A stretch of DNA of 64,000 bases from Opitutaceae bacterium (GTDB lineage: Bacteria > Verrucomicrobiota > Verrucomicrobiia > Opitutales > Opitutaceae), in NCBI GenBank assembly GCA_018667915.1, contig JABIRI010000353.1:5768-69767 (forward strand), read 5' to 3'. The translations under genes and the position numbers were made by a program. Below the pieces are notes generated by a model. That model was not told the DNA's origin and did not search any database. It saw only the letters and a list, made by a program, of their open reading frames with translations. Position 1 is the first letter of the stretch. The number at the start of each line of letters is the position of its first letter. Below are positions 36,521-48,563 of the stretch, piece by piece.

Positions 36521-37600
36521 ATGCCTTCACGAAAAAAATGGCGCATCGCCGGTATCAATTTTGATTTCCGTCATATGGATCAACTGCTCGGCTGTGTGCA
36601 CCGCGAGCGGAACGCGGAACTGGTGGGAATCAGTCATCACGACCCCGAGGAGATGCAGGATGTAATCGCGGCCTGTGAGGTGCCGGAGGACCGGGTGTTC
36701 ACCGACTGGAAAAAATGCATTGAGGAGACTCGGCCCGATGTGGTCGTGCTTTGTCCCGCGAGTGGTGCTCACGCTGAATGGGTGGAGAAGGTCGCACCGT
36801 ATGGCGTGCACGTGTTGATGGAGAAACCCTTCGCGGCCAATCTCGCTCAAGCCGATCGCATCGTGAAAGCCATAAAAAAGGCGAAGCACCGTCTCGCGAT
36901 CAATTGGCCGCTGGCGTGGTATCCGTCGCATCGCACCGCGTATCGCTTGCTGCAGGCAGGACGCATCGGGGATCTGCAAGAGGTCCATTTTTACGATGGT
37001 AATCGCAGCCCTATTTGGAATCGGGCTGATCCCAAAGCCACCGCTCCAACACTTGCCGACAAGAAATCGAGCTGGTTCTACGACCCCAACGGCGGAGGCT
37101 CGCTGGTAGACTACCTCGGCTACGGAGCGACGCTCGCGACCTGGTATTTTGGCGGCAAGAAACCAAGTGAGATCACGACCGTAACAGGCGGTACCAAAGG
37201 ACTTCGCGTAGATGAGCAGAGTGTGACGATTGCCCGTTATGGTGAGTGGCTCTCCACGTTCCATACCCGTTGGGGCACGTTCTCCGATCCATGGATGGAT
37301 CAACCTCAACCGCAGTGTGGATTTGTGCTCAAGGGCACTAAAGGCACGATTTCTAATTACGACTATGCTCCGACTATTCGGGTGCAAACGGCTCGTCATC
37401 CAGCGGGAAAAATCATTGCGGTCGATAAACTTAAAAAACCGCAACAGAACCCCGTTCAGTATTTTCTCCACTGTTTGGAGACCAACGCACCGATCGAAGG
37501 TCCGCTGGATGTGAAGGTGTCTCGAATCGGTCAACAAATTGTGGACACGGCGGCGGCCAGTGCGGAACAGAAACGTCCGCTCAAACTTCTTACCCGTTAA
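36521..37600 (+). CDS. Gfo/Idh/MocA-family oxidoreductase
   Basis: N-terminal Rossmann domain (WRIAGINF...), EKPFA motif, C-terminal alpha/beta domain. Confidence 0.85.
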   Translation: MPSRKKWRIAGINFDFRHMDQLLGCVHRERNAELVGISHHDPEEMQDVIAACEVPEDRVFTDWKKCIEETRPDVVVLCPASGAHAEWVEKVAPYGVHVLMEKPFAANLAQADRIVKAIKKAKHRLAINWPLAWYPSHRTAYRLLQAGRIGDLQEVHFYDGNRSPIWNRADPKATAPTLADKKSSWFYDPNGGGSLVDYLGYGATLATWYFGGKKPSEITTVTGGTKGLRVDEQSVTIARYGEWLSTFHTRWGTFSDPWMDQPQPQCGFVLKGTKGTISNYDYAPTIRVQTARHPAGKIIAVDKLKKPQQNPVQYFLHCLETNAPIEGPLDVKVSRIGQQIVDTAAASAEQKRPLKLLTR

Positions 37601-37611
37601 TTTTCCTCGTT

Positions 37612-38673
37612 ATGCGTGCTCCTAAACTAGACTACCAACCCCGACATCCGAAGCGCCCGAAATCTCATCGCATCGGTTTGATTGGTTGCGGTGGAATTTC
37701 CCAATATCACCTCCAAGCAGCGAAAGCGATGCGGGTGCCGGTCGTTGCCATGGCGGATGTGAATCTTGCCGCGGCGGAGAGTCGTCGGGACGAGTTTTAT
37801 CCGAAGGCGGACGTTTATACCGATCATCATGATCTCCTCGCGCGTGATGATATTTCTGTCGTGGAAATAGCAACCCACACCGCCGTGCGTGGCCAACAGA
37901 TCCGGGACGCGCTGAAAGCGGGTAAGCACGTGCTCAGTCAGAAGCCATTCACCGACGATCTTCGCGAAGGCCGCAAGCTCATCGCCTATGCTAAACGCCG
38001 GGGATTGAAACTCGGTGTGAACCAAAACGGTCGTTGGTCTCCGCAATTCGCCGGTTTTCTTGCCGCGGTTCGGCAGGGGCTGCTGGGGGACCTCTACACG
38101 GTCGACTATTCGCTAGCTTGGGATCATACATGGATTCGCGGTTCGGCGTTCGAAAAACTGCATCACTTAATTCTGAGCGACTTCGCGATTCATTGGTTTG
38201 ATGCGGTGCGGTGCGCATTTGGTGACCGCAAGCCCCGCTCGGTTTTTGCCAACGCGGTGAAGGCTCCGGGCCAGGATTTAAAAGCTCCCATGCTTGCGCA
38301 TGCGGTGGTCAACTTCGGTGATGGCCTAGCGACGCTCGGGTTCAGTGGCTACGAGTCGCATGAACCGCGCGAATATTTTTGTACGGTGGGTTCGAAGGGA
38401 ACGCTGCGCGGCGCCGCGAATGTGGCCCGTATCGATGAATTGGAATATTCGAACGCCAAAGGCACGGTGAAGCTTCCGCTCAAAGGGCAGTGGTTTCCGG
38501 ATGGTTTTCGCGGGACTCTGGGCGAGTTTCTCCGATCAATCGAAGAAGACCGTGAACCCTCGATTAGTGCAGCCGATAATCTGAAGAGTTTGGAACTTTG
38601 TTTCGCCGCGGTCGAAAGCGCGGATACCGGTTTGCCGATAAAACCCGGAAAGGTGCTGACGAGTCGACTGTAA
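37612..38673 (+). CDS. Gfo/Idh/MocA-family oxidoreductase
   Basis: IGLIGCGGIS Rossmann motif and SQKPF motif. Confidence 0.85.
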   Translation: MRAPKLDYQPRHPKRPKSHRIGLIGCGGISQYHLQAAKAMRVPVVAMADVNLAAAESRRDEFYPKADVYTDHHDLLARDDISVVEIATHTAVRGQQIRDALKAGKHVLSQKPFTDDLREGRKLIAYAKRRGLKLGVNQNGRWSPQFAGFLAAVRQGLLGDLYTVDYSLAWDHTWIRGSAFEKLHHLILSDFAIHWFDAVRCAFGDRKPRSVFANAVKAPGQDLKAPMLAHAVVNFGDGLATLGFSGYESHEPREYFCTVGSKGTLRGAANVARIDELEYSNAKGTVKLPLKGQWFPDGFRGTLGEFLRSIEEDREPSISAADNLKSLELCFAAVESADTGLPIKPGKVLTSRL

Positions 38674-38691
38674 CTTGGAATAATTGAAGCT

Positions 38692-40131
38692 ATGAAGGGA
38701 TGCTGGAAAACGATCTTGGGGTGCGTCGCACTGTGCGCGGGATCGATGGTGGTTCCGGCAGGGGGCATTGATCTTGGGGATCGTCGGGAGTTGTTTGTGG
38801 ATCACGAACTCATCGAATCAATGGAGGGCGTTTCCTTGAGATTGCACGAACCGCGTAATGCCGGGCCTGCATTCTACTTTGATAAACCCTGGGAGGGGAA
38901 ATTCTCGGCCGGCCCAACCGTGCTCAACGACAACGGTCTTTACCGGATGTATTACCGGGGATTACCGCGGGCCGATGACGAAACCGAAGCGGTCACGGCT
39001 TACGCTGAATCGCGCGATGGGGTGAATTGGGTGAAGCCGAACCTAGGGCTTTTTGAAGTCGAAGGCACGAAAGACAATAATGTGGTGGTCGCCGTCAATA
39101 AGCATTGCCGTAGTTTCAGTCCGTTCATTGATACGCGACCTGGCGTGCCGGCGAGTGAGCGCTACAAGGCGATCGCCGGAGTGGAGACCAAAGGACTACT
39201 CGCATTCGTATCCAGTGATGGCATCCACTGGAAGTTGTGGAGAGAGGGATACATTTTTACCGAAGGTATGTTCGATTCTCACAACGTGCTTTTCTGGTCC
39301 GATCACGAGGAGGCCTACGTATGTTATTTTCGCACGTGGACAGGTGAAGGGTTTGGGGGATTTCGCACCATCAGTCGCACGACGTCGCCCGACATGTTGA
39401 ATTGGTCGAAGCCGGTGGCGATGAGTTTTGGAGATACGCCGATGGAGCACCTCTACACCAACGGCACGTTTCCATATTATCGCGCGCCGCATATCTACAT
39501 TGGTTTGGCCAAACGTTTCTTCCCGGAGAAGGCCGCCGCGTCGGTTGAGCAGACGCAGGCACTCATCCAGAATTCCGAACGTGGGTATGATTCGAGTGAT
39601 GCGGTCCTGATGACGACTCGGGGCGGCGGGAGTTATGATCGCACCTTTATGGAGGCGTTTATTCGGCCGGGTGATACCTTGGCGGATTGGATTGGACGTG
39701 ACAACACCCCGGGGCTCGGCCTCGTGCCGGCGGCCAATGGCCGGGAGCTCTATATCTACCGGTTGTCGCATTACGCGCAGGACACGTCGCACCTCTCGCG
39801 GTATGTGCTCCGGGTGGATGGATTCGTCTCGGTTCACGCGCCCTATGACGGCGGCGAGTTGCTGACCAAACCTTTCCGTTTCTCTGGTGAACAGCTGGTC
39901 CTCAACTTTGAGAGTTCGGCCGCCGGTGAAATACGGATTGAATTACGGGACGCTGCGGGCGAACCGATTGAAGGATTCACGGTGGCCGATTGTGCGCTGA
40001 TCTTTGGCAACGAAATCGACGGCGAGGTGAATTGGACCGGAGGCCGGGATCTAAGTGAGTTGGCCGGGCAAGAGGTGCAGATGCGCATTGAGATGAAAGA
40101 CGCCGATCTTTATTCGTTTCAATTTCGCTAA
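38692..40131 (+). CDS. Secreted hypothetical protein, possibly a glycoside-hydrolase-like beta-propeller
   Basis: Signal peptide. RELFVDHELIESMEGVSLRLHEP...DKPWEG...GLYRMYYRG resembles uncharacterised PVC/Bacteroidota secreted proteins. The fold assignment is a guess. Confidence 0.5.
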   Translation: MKGCWKTILGCVALCAGSMVVPAGGIDLGDRRELFVDHELIESMEGVSLRLHEPRNAGPAFYFDKPWEGKFSAGPTVLNDNGLYRMYYRGLPRADDETEAVTAYAESRDGVNWVKPNLGLFEVEGTKDNNVVVAVNKHCRSFSPFIDTRPGVPASERYKAIAGVETKGLLAFVSSDGIHWKLWREGYIFTEGMFDSHNVLFWSDHEEAYVCYFRTWTGEGFGGFRTISRTTSPDMLNWSKPVAMSFGDTPMEHLYTNGTFPYYRAPHIYIGLAKRFFPEKAAASVEQTQALIQNSERGYDSSDAVLMTTRGGGSYDRTFMEAFIRPGDTLADWIGRDNTPGLGLVPAANGRELYIYRLSHYAQDTSHLSRYVLRVDGFVSVHAPYDGGELLTKPFRFSGEQLVLNFESSAAGEIRIELRDAAGEPIEGFTVADCALIFGNEIDGEVNWTGGRDLSELAGQEVQMRIEMKDADLYSFQFR

Positions 40132-40154
40132 GTTTCGACTCAGAGTTCGAGACT

Positions 40155-40730
40155 ATGCGCGTCGTAATTTTAGGTTCAGGCACCGGCTCCAATGCAGAAG
40201 CCATTCTACAGGCTCAGCGTGATGGAGCGTTGGCCGCGGCTGAAGTGGTGCAGATCATCGCCGACAAACCAGACGCAGGCATTCTTGCTCACGGCGAGAC
40301 ATTTGGGGTTCCGGCCCAGTATCTGGACCCAGCTCCGTTTAAAACGAAGTTGGAGGGGGTAGGGGAGGATCTCTACATCGACACGATTACCGCGCTCCGG
40401 GCGGACCTGATCGTTTTGGCGGGATTCATGCGAGTGATTAAACCCAAGTTTATTCGCACGTTTGCGGGTAAGATCATCAACCTGCACCCGAGTCTATTGC
40501 CGAGTTTCCCCGGACTTGATGGCATCGGACAGGCGTGGCGCCGGGGGGTGAAAGTCAGTGGCTGCACGGTGCATTATGTGACCGCTGAAGTGGATGGAGG
40601 TCCCATCATCGACCAAGCGACGGTGCGGATTGCCCCCGATGATACGCTGGTGACGTTCGCGGAGAAAATGCACGCGGCAGAGCACGAGCTCCTCCCTGCC
40701 GTCATCGCACGGTTGAGTGAAAGATATTGA
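40155..40730 (+). CDS. purN: Phosphoribosylglycinamide formyltransferase
   Basis: VILGSGTGSN, NLHPSLLPSFPG, GCTVHYVTAEVDGGPII. Confidence 0.93.
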   Translation: MRVVILGSGTGSNAEAILQAQRDGALAAAEVVQIIADKPDAGILAHGETFGVPAQYLDPAPFKTKLEGVGEDLYIDTITALRADLIVLAGFMRVIKPKFIRTFAGKIINLHPSLLPSFPGLDGIGQAWRRGVKVSGCTVHYVTAEVDGGPIIDQATVRIAPDDTLVTFAEKMHAAEHELLPAVIARLSERY

Positions 40731-40825
40731 GTGGGAGTGGTGTGGAGCGGGGGATTGACCGTTAATTCTTCTCTAAACATCTCGCGCTTGTGTATCCGGG
40801 CGTCGGGATCGATTATTTAAACCTC

Positions 40826-41779
40826 ATGCAATTTAAGGTCTTTGTTGATGGGTCCGAGGGGACCACCGGATTACAGATCCACGAGCGACTGGCGGGTCGT
40901 TCGGAGCTTGAGATTATCACCATTGATCCGGAGAAGCGCAAAGACCCGGTGGCGAAAGCCGCCTGCCTGAATGAAGCGGATGTCGCATTCCTTTGCCTTC
41001 CGGACGCGGCGTCCCGTGAATCGGTCGCCCTCGTGACGGGTCCGAATACGGTGTTGATTGACGCGAGCACGGCTCATCGGACGGATCCGGACTGGGCCTA
41101 CGGTTTACCTGAACTGGGCGCGGAGTGGCGGGAACGCATCGTCGCTTCCAATCGAATCGCGAATATCGGATGTCATGCGGGCGCGTTCATCCTCGCGGTG
41201 CAGCCATTGGTAAAATCAGGTTTGGTTCCGGCTGATCAGGTGCTCAGTTGTTTTTCGCTCACCGGTTATAGCGGTGGGGGTAAGCAGATGATCGCGCAGT
41301 ATGAAGCGGCAGATTGTCCCGAGGCGTTGAAAAGTCCGCGACCTTACGCGCTTGGGCTCGCCCATAAGCATCTGCCTGAAATGCGCCAGCATACGGGACT
41401 CGTGCATCCACCGATTTTTGCTCCCGTGGTGGCACCTTACCGGCAGGGGCTTTCAGTAACCGTGCCGCTTGCCTTACCACAACTTCCCGGTTCGCCGAAA
41501 CTCGCTGATATTCATCGTGCATTGGTTGATGCTTACGCGGGACAGACGTTCGTGAAGGTTTTGCCGCTCGGTGACGACGCGGCGAATCTCGATGGAGGGT
41601 TCTTCGATTTACAGGCCTGCAATGGCACCAACCGAGCCGACGTTTTGGTCACGGGTAACGGCGACCAAGCATTGGTCATGGTGCGCGTCGACAACCTCGG
41701 TAAAGGAGCCTCCGGTTCCGCGATTCAGAACATGAATATCCGCCTCGGATTACCCGAAGAGGCCGGCCTGAAGATTTGA
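40826..41779 (+). CDS. argC: N-acetyl-gamma-glutamyl-phosphate reductase (short, uncommon form)
   Basis: KVFVDGSEGTTGLQIHERL...EKRKD N-terminus and the NLGKGASG motif. Confidence 0.88.
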   Translation: MQFKVFVDGSEGTTGLQIHERLAGRSELEIITIDPEKRKDPVAKAACLNEADVAFLCLPDAASRESVALVTGPNTVLIDASTAHRTDPDWAYGLPELGAEWRERIVASNRIANIGCHAGAFILAVQPLVKSGLVPADQVLSCFSLTGYSGGGKQMIAQYEAADCPEALKSPRPYALGLAHKHLPEMRQHTGLVHPPIFAPVVAPYRQGLSVTVPLALPQLPGSPKLADIHRALVDAYAGQTFVKVLPLGDDAANLDGGFFDLQACNGTNRADVLVTGNGDQALVMVRVDNLGKGASGSAIQNMNIRLGLPEEAGLKI

Positions 41780-41798
41780 TTAGTCCAACCGTCAAATT

Positions 41799-42506
41799 AT
41801 GAAAGAGAAGCCCGAACTGTTTCTGCATGAGGAAGTCACCCTTTTGGCATTGTCGGATGAGAAGGGCACCGTTGAAACCGGTAACTGGTATAAACAAGTG
41901 GTGGGTGGGGCGGTTTTGGCCGAATTGATGCGTCGTGATCACGTGAGGGTGCAGACCAAGAACGAGGCACACGCCACCGGATCGTTGTTTGATCGGAAGC
42001 CCAAGCTAGTTGTCACCAATCCACAGCCTAGCGGGGATTCCTTGGTCGACGAGTGGCTCAAAAAGATTACGGCATCCGAAAAACTTCGTCCGGTCGAATA
42101 TTGGCTCAGAAAGATTGCTGAAACGCCCAAGTTAAAGGCCCGCGTTGCGGTGCGTCTTGTCTCTTTGGGCATTCTCGAAAAGCGCGAAGATAAGGTGCTG
42201 TGGGTGTTCAATCGCGTAGTCTATCCTGAGGGGAAAGCAGCGCCGGAGCAGGCAATTCGGTGCCGACTGGAAGAGGCCATTTTTAATGATCACGATGAGG
42301 TTGATCCGGGCACCGTGATTTTACTCTCCTTGGTCAAGGGCGGGAATTTTCTGCCCCACCTGTTCGATCGCAAGGCACTCAAATCGCGCCGCCAACACAT
42401 CGAAGACTTGATATCAGGCGAAAAACTTGGAGCCGCGACGAAAGCTTTGATTGAATCGATCCAAGCGGCTGCGGTGGTGGTCACTGTCGTTGCGACGAGC
42501 TCGTGA
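41799..42506 (+). CDS. GPP34/GOLPH3-family protein
   Basis: LFLHEEVTLLALSDEKGTV...GGAVLAELM... matches the GPP34 pattern. Confidence 0.75.
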   Translation: MKEKPELFLHEEVTLLALSDEKGTVETGNWYKQVVGGAVLAELMRRDHVRVQTKNEAHATGSLFDRKPKLVVTNPQPSGDSLVDEWLKKITASEKLRPVEYWLRKIAETPKLKARVAVRLVSLGILEKREDKVLWVFNRVVYPEGKAAPEQAIRCRLEEAIFNDHDEVDPGTVILLSLVKGGNFLPHLFDRKALKSRRQHIEDLISGEKLGAATKALIESIQAAAVVVTVVATSS

Positions 42507-42561
42507 GGAGTGGATTCGATCTGCGGTTGTGTTTGGTGAGCCAAACCGTTCTCGTCCGCGC

Positions 42562-43428
42562 ATGAGTTTATGGGAAGTTAAAGCGACCTTGCCGGTCGAG
42601 TTAGTCGACGAAGTCGATATGATGCTCCTCGAGCGAGAAGATGAACGTTGGAGCGTGATGCATGATGTATTGATTCCGGCGGCGTGGGTCATCGGGCTCT
42701 TCGACGACGAGGCCGAGGCCCGAAAGCAGTGGGCCGAGGTTTCAGCGTTGGTTCCCCAGGTAGGCGAAGCTGCGTTTCAGGAAATGTCGGACGAAGATTG
42801 GAAGGAGAGTTACAAGTTACATTTTCAGGCGTGGCGCTGCGGTCGGTTGCATTGGGTGCCGGTTTGGGAACGTGACAGTCACCGGATGAAAGAAGGAGAC
42901 GTTGCGATCTGGCTCGATCCCGGGATGGCCTTTGGCACCGGTAATCATGAGACGACTCGCTTGTGTTGCGAACGCTTGGTCGCTTGGGCCGAGACTGCTC
43001 CGCGCGATGCCATGATCAGTGATGCTGGGTGTGGGTCCGGAATCCTAGCGATTTCCGCGGCACGTTTGGGTTTCACCCATGTCCAAGGATTCGACAATGA
43101 TGCGGAGGCCGTGCGTATCGCACAGGAAAATGCCGAGCTGAATGACCTGTCAGATGCGATCGAGTTTTTCGAGGGCGATTTGGAAACCGGCTCCAAGGAC
43201 GGATCCTACGATCTCGTGCTCGCCAATATTTTGGGCCATATTCTCGCCGATTTTGTGCCTCAGCTCACGTCCGCCGTGAAGCCCGGAGGCTTGCTCGTCT
43301 TGAGTGGAATTTTGGCGGTGGAGTTGCGCACGATTCAGGCCGCCTTTACCCGAGTCGTGCCAGATTGGGCAGTCGAAGCCCGTGAGATGGGCGAGTGGTG
43401 CGATATCGCGCTGACGCGACCGGTCTAA
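42562..43428 (+). CDS. prmA: Ribosomal protein L11 methyltransferase
   Basis: DPGMAFGTGNHETTRLC and DAGCGSGILAI. ATG at 42562 chosen. Confidence 0.9.
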   Translation: MSLWEVKATLPVELVDEVDMMLLEREDERWSVMHDVLIPAAWVIGLFDDEAEARKQWAEVSALVPQVGEAAFQEMSDEDWKESYKLHFQAWRCGRLHWVPVWERDSHRMKEGDVAIWLDPGMAFGTGNHETTRLCCERLVAWAETAPRDAMISDAGCGSGILAISAARLGFTHVQGFDNDAEAVRIAQENAELNDLSDAIEFFEGDLETGSKDGSYDLVLANILGHILADFVPQLTSAVKPGGLLVLSGILAVELRTIQAAFTRVVPDWAVEAREMGEWCDIALTRPV

Positions 43429-43510
43429 AAACGTGTCTAAATTGCAGACCGTGCCTTGCGCCGATTGGCCCGATTTGCTTGGTTGCTCTTTCCGGCATCG
43501 CTTTGGCTAG

Positions 43511-45769
<2,259 letters not shown>

Positions 45770-45803
45770 TTCGAATCACCTCTACTCGAACTCGATTATT
45801 TCA

Positions 45804-45839
45804 GCCCCCGTTTCGCTTCGGCGCAGCGGGGGTTTTTTA
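45804..45839 (+). terminator. Rho-independent terminator after katG; overlaps the aroE stop codon
   Basis: CCCCCG...CGGGGG outer stem and inner CGC-TTCG-GCG tetraloop, then T6. Confidence 0.8.
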
Positions 45840-46730
45840 TGTGGCAGCAACGGCGCGTCGCATGGCCGCTACGGGCACCGTGGCATCGCTCCAAATCTCC
45901 AGAGCGCGGACGCCTTGGTGGATGAGCATGGAGAGGCCGTTGGCGGTGGGAATACCTTGAGCAGCGGTTGCGGCGAGGAGTTTGGTTTCCGCGGGATTAT
46001 AGATCATGTCGAATACGCCGCAGGGTTTGGGCAGAGCGACGAGGTTGATCGGCAGTGGATCTTCGGGCTTCAGGCCGGCGCTCGTTGCGTTGATGACCAA
46101 CGCGTTGGTGGGGAGATCGGCAGGGATCTCTTGCGGGCTGAAGCCGTTCACCGGAATGTCACCCTTGATTGGTTGGAGCTGCGCGATGAGTTTATCGCGA
46201 TTCGCGGCGGTGCGGTTGGCGATGTGGAGTGAAGCGCATCCGCGTTGTAGGCATTCTACGGCAGCGCCGCGGGCGGCCCCGCCGGCTCCAAGCAAGATGA
46301 TGGGGGTGTTGGAGAGATTGATGCCGAGGTCCTCTTGCACGGCGGTCGCGAGACCGTAACCGTCGGTGTTAAAACCATGCCAACCAGCGGTGGTGCGCCG
46401 GAGGGTGTTGACGGCGCCGATGGGCTGGGCGCGGTCATCGATCCCGGCGATGCGATCAAAAGCCAATACTTTGTGTGGCACCGTCAGATTGAGGCCGAAA
46501 AATCCGGCTGCGTTCAGGCGATCCAGCGCAAGGGGCAAGTCTTCGGCGGGGACATCGAAACGGAAGTAACGCCATGAGGCGAAACGTTCGTCGGTCTCGC
46601 TCATTTCGGCCAGGGCGGTGTTGTGCATCGCGGGGCTGATCGAGTGTTTGATGGGGTGCCCCAATACGGCCAAGGCGGTGCCTTCGAAGGACCAGTTGTC
46701 GAGGTCGGCAAGCGTGAGAATGGGCTCCAT
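45837..46730 (-). CDS. aroE: Shikimate dehydrogenase
   Basis: GHPIKHSISPAMHN, NTDGYG, GAGGAARG. Confidence 0.93.
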   Translation of the reverse strand: MEPILTLADLDNWSFEGTALAVLGHPIKHSISPAMHNTALAEMSETDERFASWRYFRFDVPAEDLPLALDRLNAAGFFGLNLTVPHKVLAFDRIAGIDDRAQPIGAVNTLRRTTAGWHGFNTDGYGLATAVQEDLGINLSNTPIILLGAGGAARGAAVECLQRGCASLHIANRTAANRDKLIAQLQPIKGDIPVNGFSPQEIPADLPTNALVINATSAGLKPEDPLPINLVALPKPCGVFDMIYNPAETKLLAATAAQGIPTANGLSMLIHQGVRALEIWSDATVPVAAMRRAVAAT

Positions 46731-46815
46731 GAACTGCGAAGTGCTGATCCGAGATCGTGGATTGTCAATCCGGCTGAGCCGGGTCGGCGCACGACGTGGT
46801 TACGGTGAGCTTCCC

Positions 46816-47682
46816 CTACATCACGTTTTTGGAGTAGATCGCCTCAAATTCGGTGACGAATCCGTCGAAGACACTCGCGTGCCGGTGATCTCCATTGGCT
46901 TCGAAGTGATTCGCCAGATTACGACAGCTTCGACAGAGGACTTCTCGCACCGGGGTTGGCACGAGGTCCGATAAGTCTGGTGATAAATTACGATCGCGAA
47001 GGAATACCAAAATTTCTTCGGGAGAGCGGAAGATTCCGCCATCGAATGCATCGATGAAAAAGGGGCGTTCCTCTAAGAAACAGCCGACCAAGAAATGGCC
47101 CGGTAGTCCGATCGGTTCCAGCTCCAATCCCAGTCGATGTGCGACTAGCAAATAGATCGTGCAAAGCGAAATCGGAATGCCCCGGCGATGTTCAAGGACT
47201 TGGTCGATGAAACTGTTTCGCGGGTCCGTGTAGTGCTCCACGTTTCCATGGAATCCCATTTCGTGATATAAAATGCGGTTAATCACCCGGCACTTGGCTC
47301 GGATGCTCGACGGCTCAATGATGAGTTCACGGCACCGGTTGGCGATGCGGTCGAGCGCTTCGCAACACGCTCCCGTATCCAGGTCGGGTCGCACCGTGCG
47401 AGCGATCATGAGTGCGCCGGTTTCTAGCTCGTAATTTAGCGACTGAATGAAATCCCGGAATTCGGCGTTGGGATCATTAAATCGGAGCTCTTCCAGATAC
47501 TCGCGGGCGTGCCAAGCGAGGTGGCGATTGTTCCCTGCAGCCGTGTGGTTTAGAAAGTCTCGAGCGGGAGTTCCAAGCCGGGAGAAATATTGACTCAATT
47601 CTCGCCGCACAATCTCGCTGGAATCATCGAGCAGATTCAGCAAGGCGGTTTTTTGCGTGGGAGTTAGGAGCAACGTTTCCAC
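46816..47682 (-). CDS. SirB1-like / transglutaminase-like-fold protein with an N-terminal helical-repeat region
   Basis: INRILYHEMGFHGN...YTDPRNSFIDQVLEHRRGIPISLCTIYLLVAHRLGL...GLPGHFLV. GTG start. Confidence 0.7.
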   Translation of the reverse strand: METLLLTPTQKTALLNLLDDSSEIVRRELSQYFSRLGTPARDFLNHTAAGNNRHLAWHAREYLEELRFNDPNAEFRDFIQSLNYELETGALMIARTVRPDLDTGACCEALDRIANRCRELIIEPSSIRAKCRVINRILYHEMGFHGNVEHYTDPRNSFIDQVLEHRRGIPISLCTIYLLVAHRLGLELEPIGLPGHFLVGCFLEERPFFIDAFDGGIFRSPEEILVFLRDRNLSPDLSDLVPTPVREVLCRSCRNLANHFEANGDHRHASVFDGFVTEFEAIYSKNVM

Positions 47683-47802
47683 GGTCCTTCAGACAATCAG
47701 AAACGAAAAAGGTGGCAAGAAATTGCCGGAAAATACTCGGGGTCTTTCATCGTGCTTCAACGAAGGGTCGAAGTCCGGCTTAACGCGCTCTTTACGCGAA
47801 AA

Positions 47803-48495
47803 TTAGCGCCGACCGAATAGCGCGGTGCCGACCCGGACTTGAGTGCTACCCGCCGCGATGGCGGGAACCATATCACCACTCATGCCCATGGATAGCGTGG
47901 TCAGCGGAGTGGTAAATTCTTCGCGTAGGCGATCGCGGAGCTCTCGTAGATTGGAGAATGTGCGTTCGGCGACGGCAATGTCTTCAGAAAGGGGAGCGAT
48001 CGTCATGAGGCCATCAACTTGGAGATGGGGTAAGTCGAGCGCGATCTCCAACAGCGCGGGAGCATCTTCCAGGTCGACGCCAAATTTGGCCGGATCGTTC
48101 CCTGCATTGACCTGGAGCAATACCGCCAATTTATGGCCGACATCAGCTGCCGCTGCGTCCAGTCGGCGCAAGAGCTTTGAGCTATCGACGCTCTGGACGC
48201 GGTCAAAATTCTCTACCGCCACCCGGGCTTTGTTGGACTGGAGATGGCCAATCAGTTCCCATCGTAGCGTTGCTTCGACTTGCGGCTTTTTTTCTACGGC
48301 CTCTTGCACGCGGTTTTCGCCGACTCCGGTAAGTCCGTAACGCGCGGCGAATTCGGGAGCCCACGGGCCATGCGTTTTGGTCACGGCCAAAAGCTCGACA
48401 TCTTGGAGGGGCCGACCTGCGGCCTTGCAGGCGGCTGCGATCTCGGCGCGAACCGCATCAGCATTTCTCACAAACGTGGTGTAATCGGGAGTCAT
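47803..48495 (-). CDS. yggS: YggS-family PLP-binding protein
   Basis: LLAVTKT (PLP lysine), GENRVQE, HLIGHLQSNK-like ELIGHLQSNK, LSMGMSGD. Confidence 0.92.
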   Translation of the reverse strand: MTPDYTTFVRNADAVRAEIAAACKAAGRPLQDVELLAVTKTHGPWAPEFAARYGLTGVGENRVQEAVEKKPQVEATLRWELIGHLQSNKARVAVENFDRVQSVDSSKLLRRLDAAAADVGHKLAVLLQVNAGNDPAKFGVDLEDAPALLEIALDLPHLQVDGLMTIAPLSEDIAVAERTFSNLRELRDRLREEFTTPLTTLSMGMSGDMVPAIAAGSTQVRVGTALFGRR

Positions 48496-48563
48496 GAAGG
48501 GGAATTTATAATTTGCTTCGTGATAAGTTCTGTTTATAACTCAAACCCTAACGTCCGCTTCTT

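Noticed and set aside
36527-37537. 336-aa minus-strand ORF covering almost the whole Gfo/Idh/MocA gene
   Set aside because: The plus-strand product has clear Rossmann/EKP motifs, while the antisense product has none.
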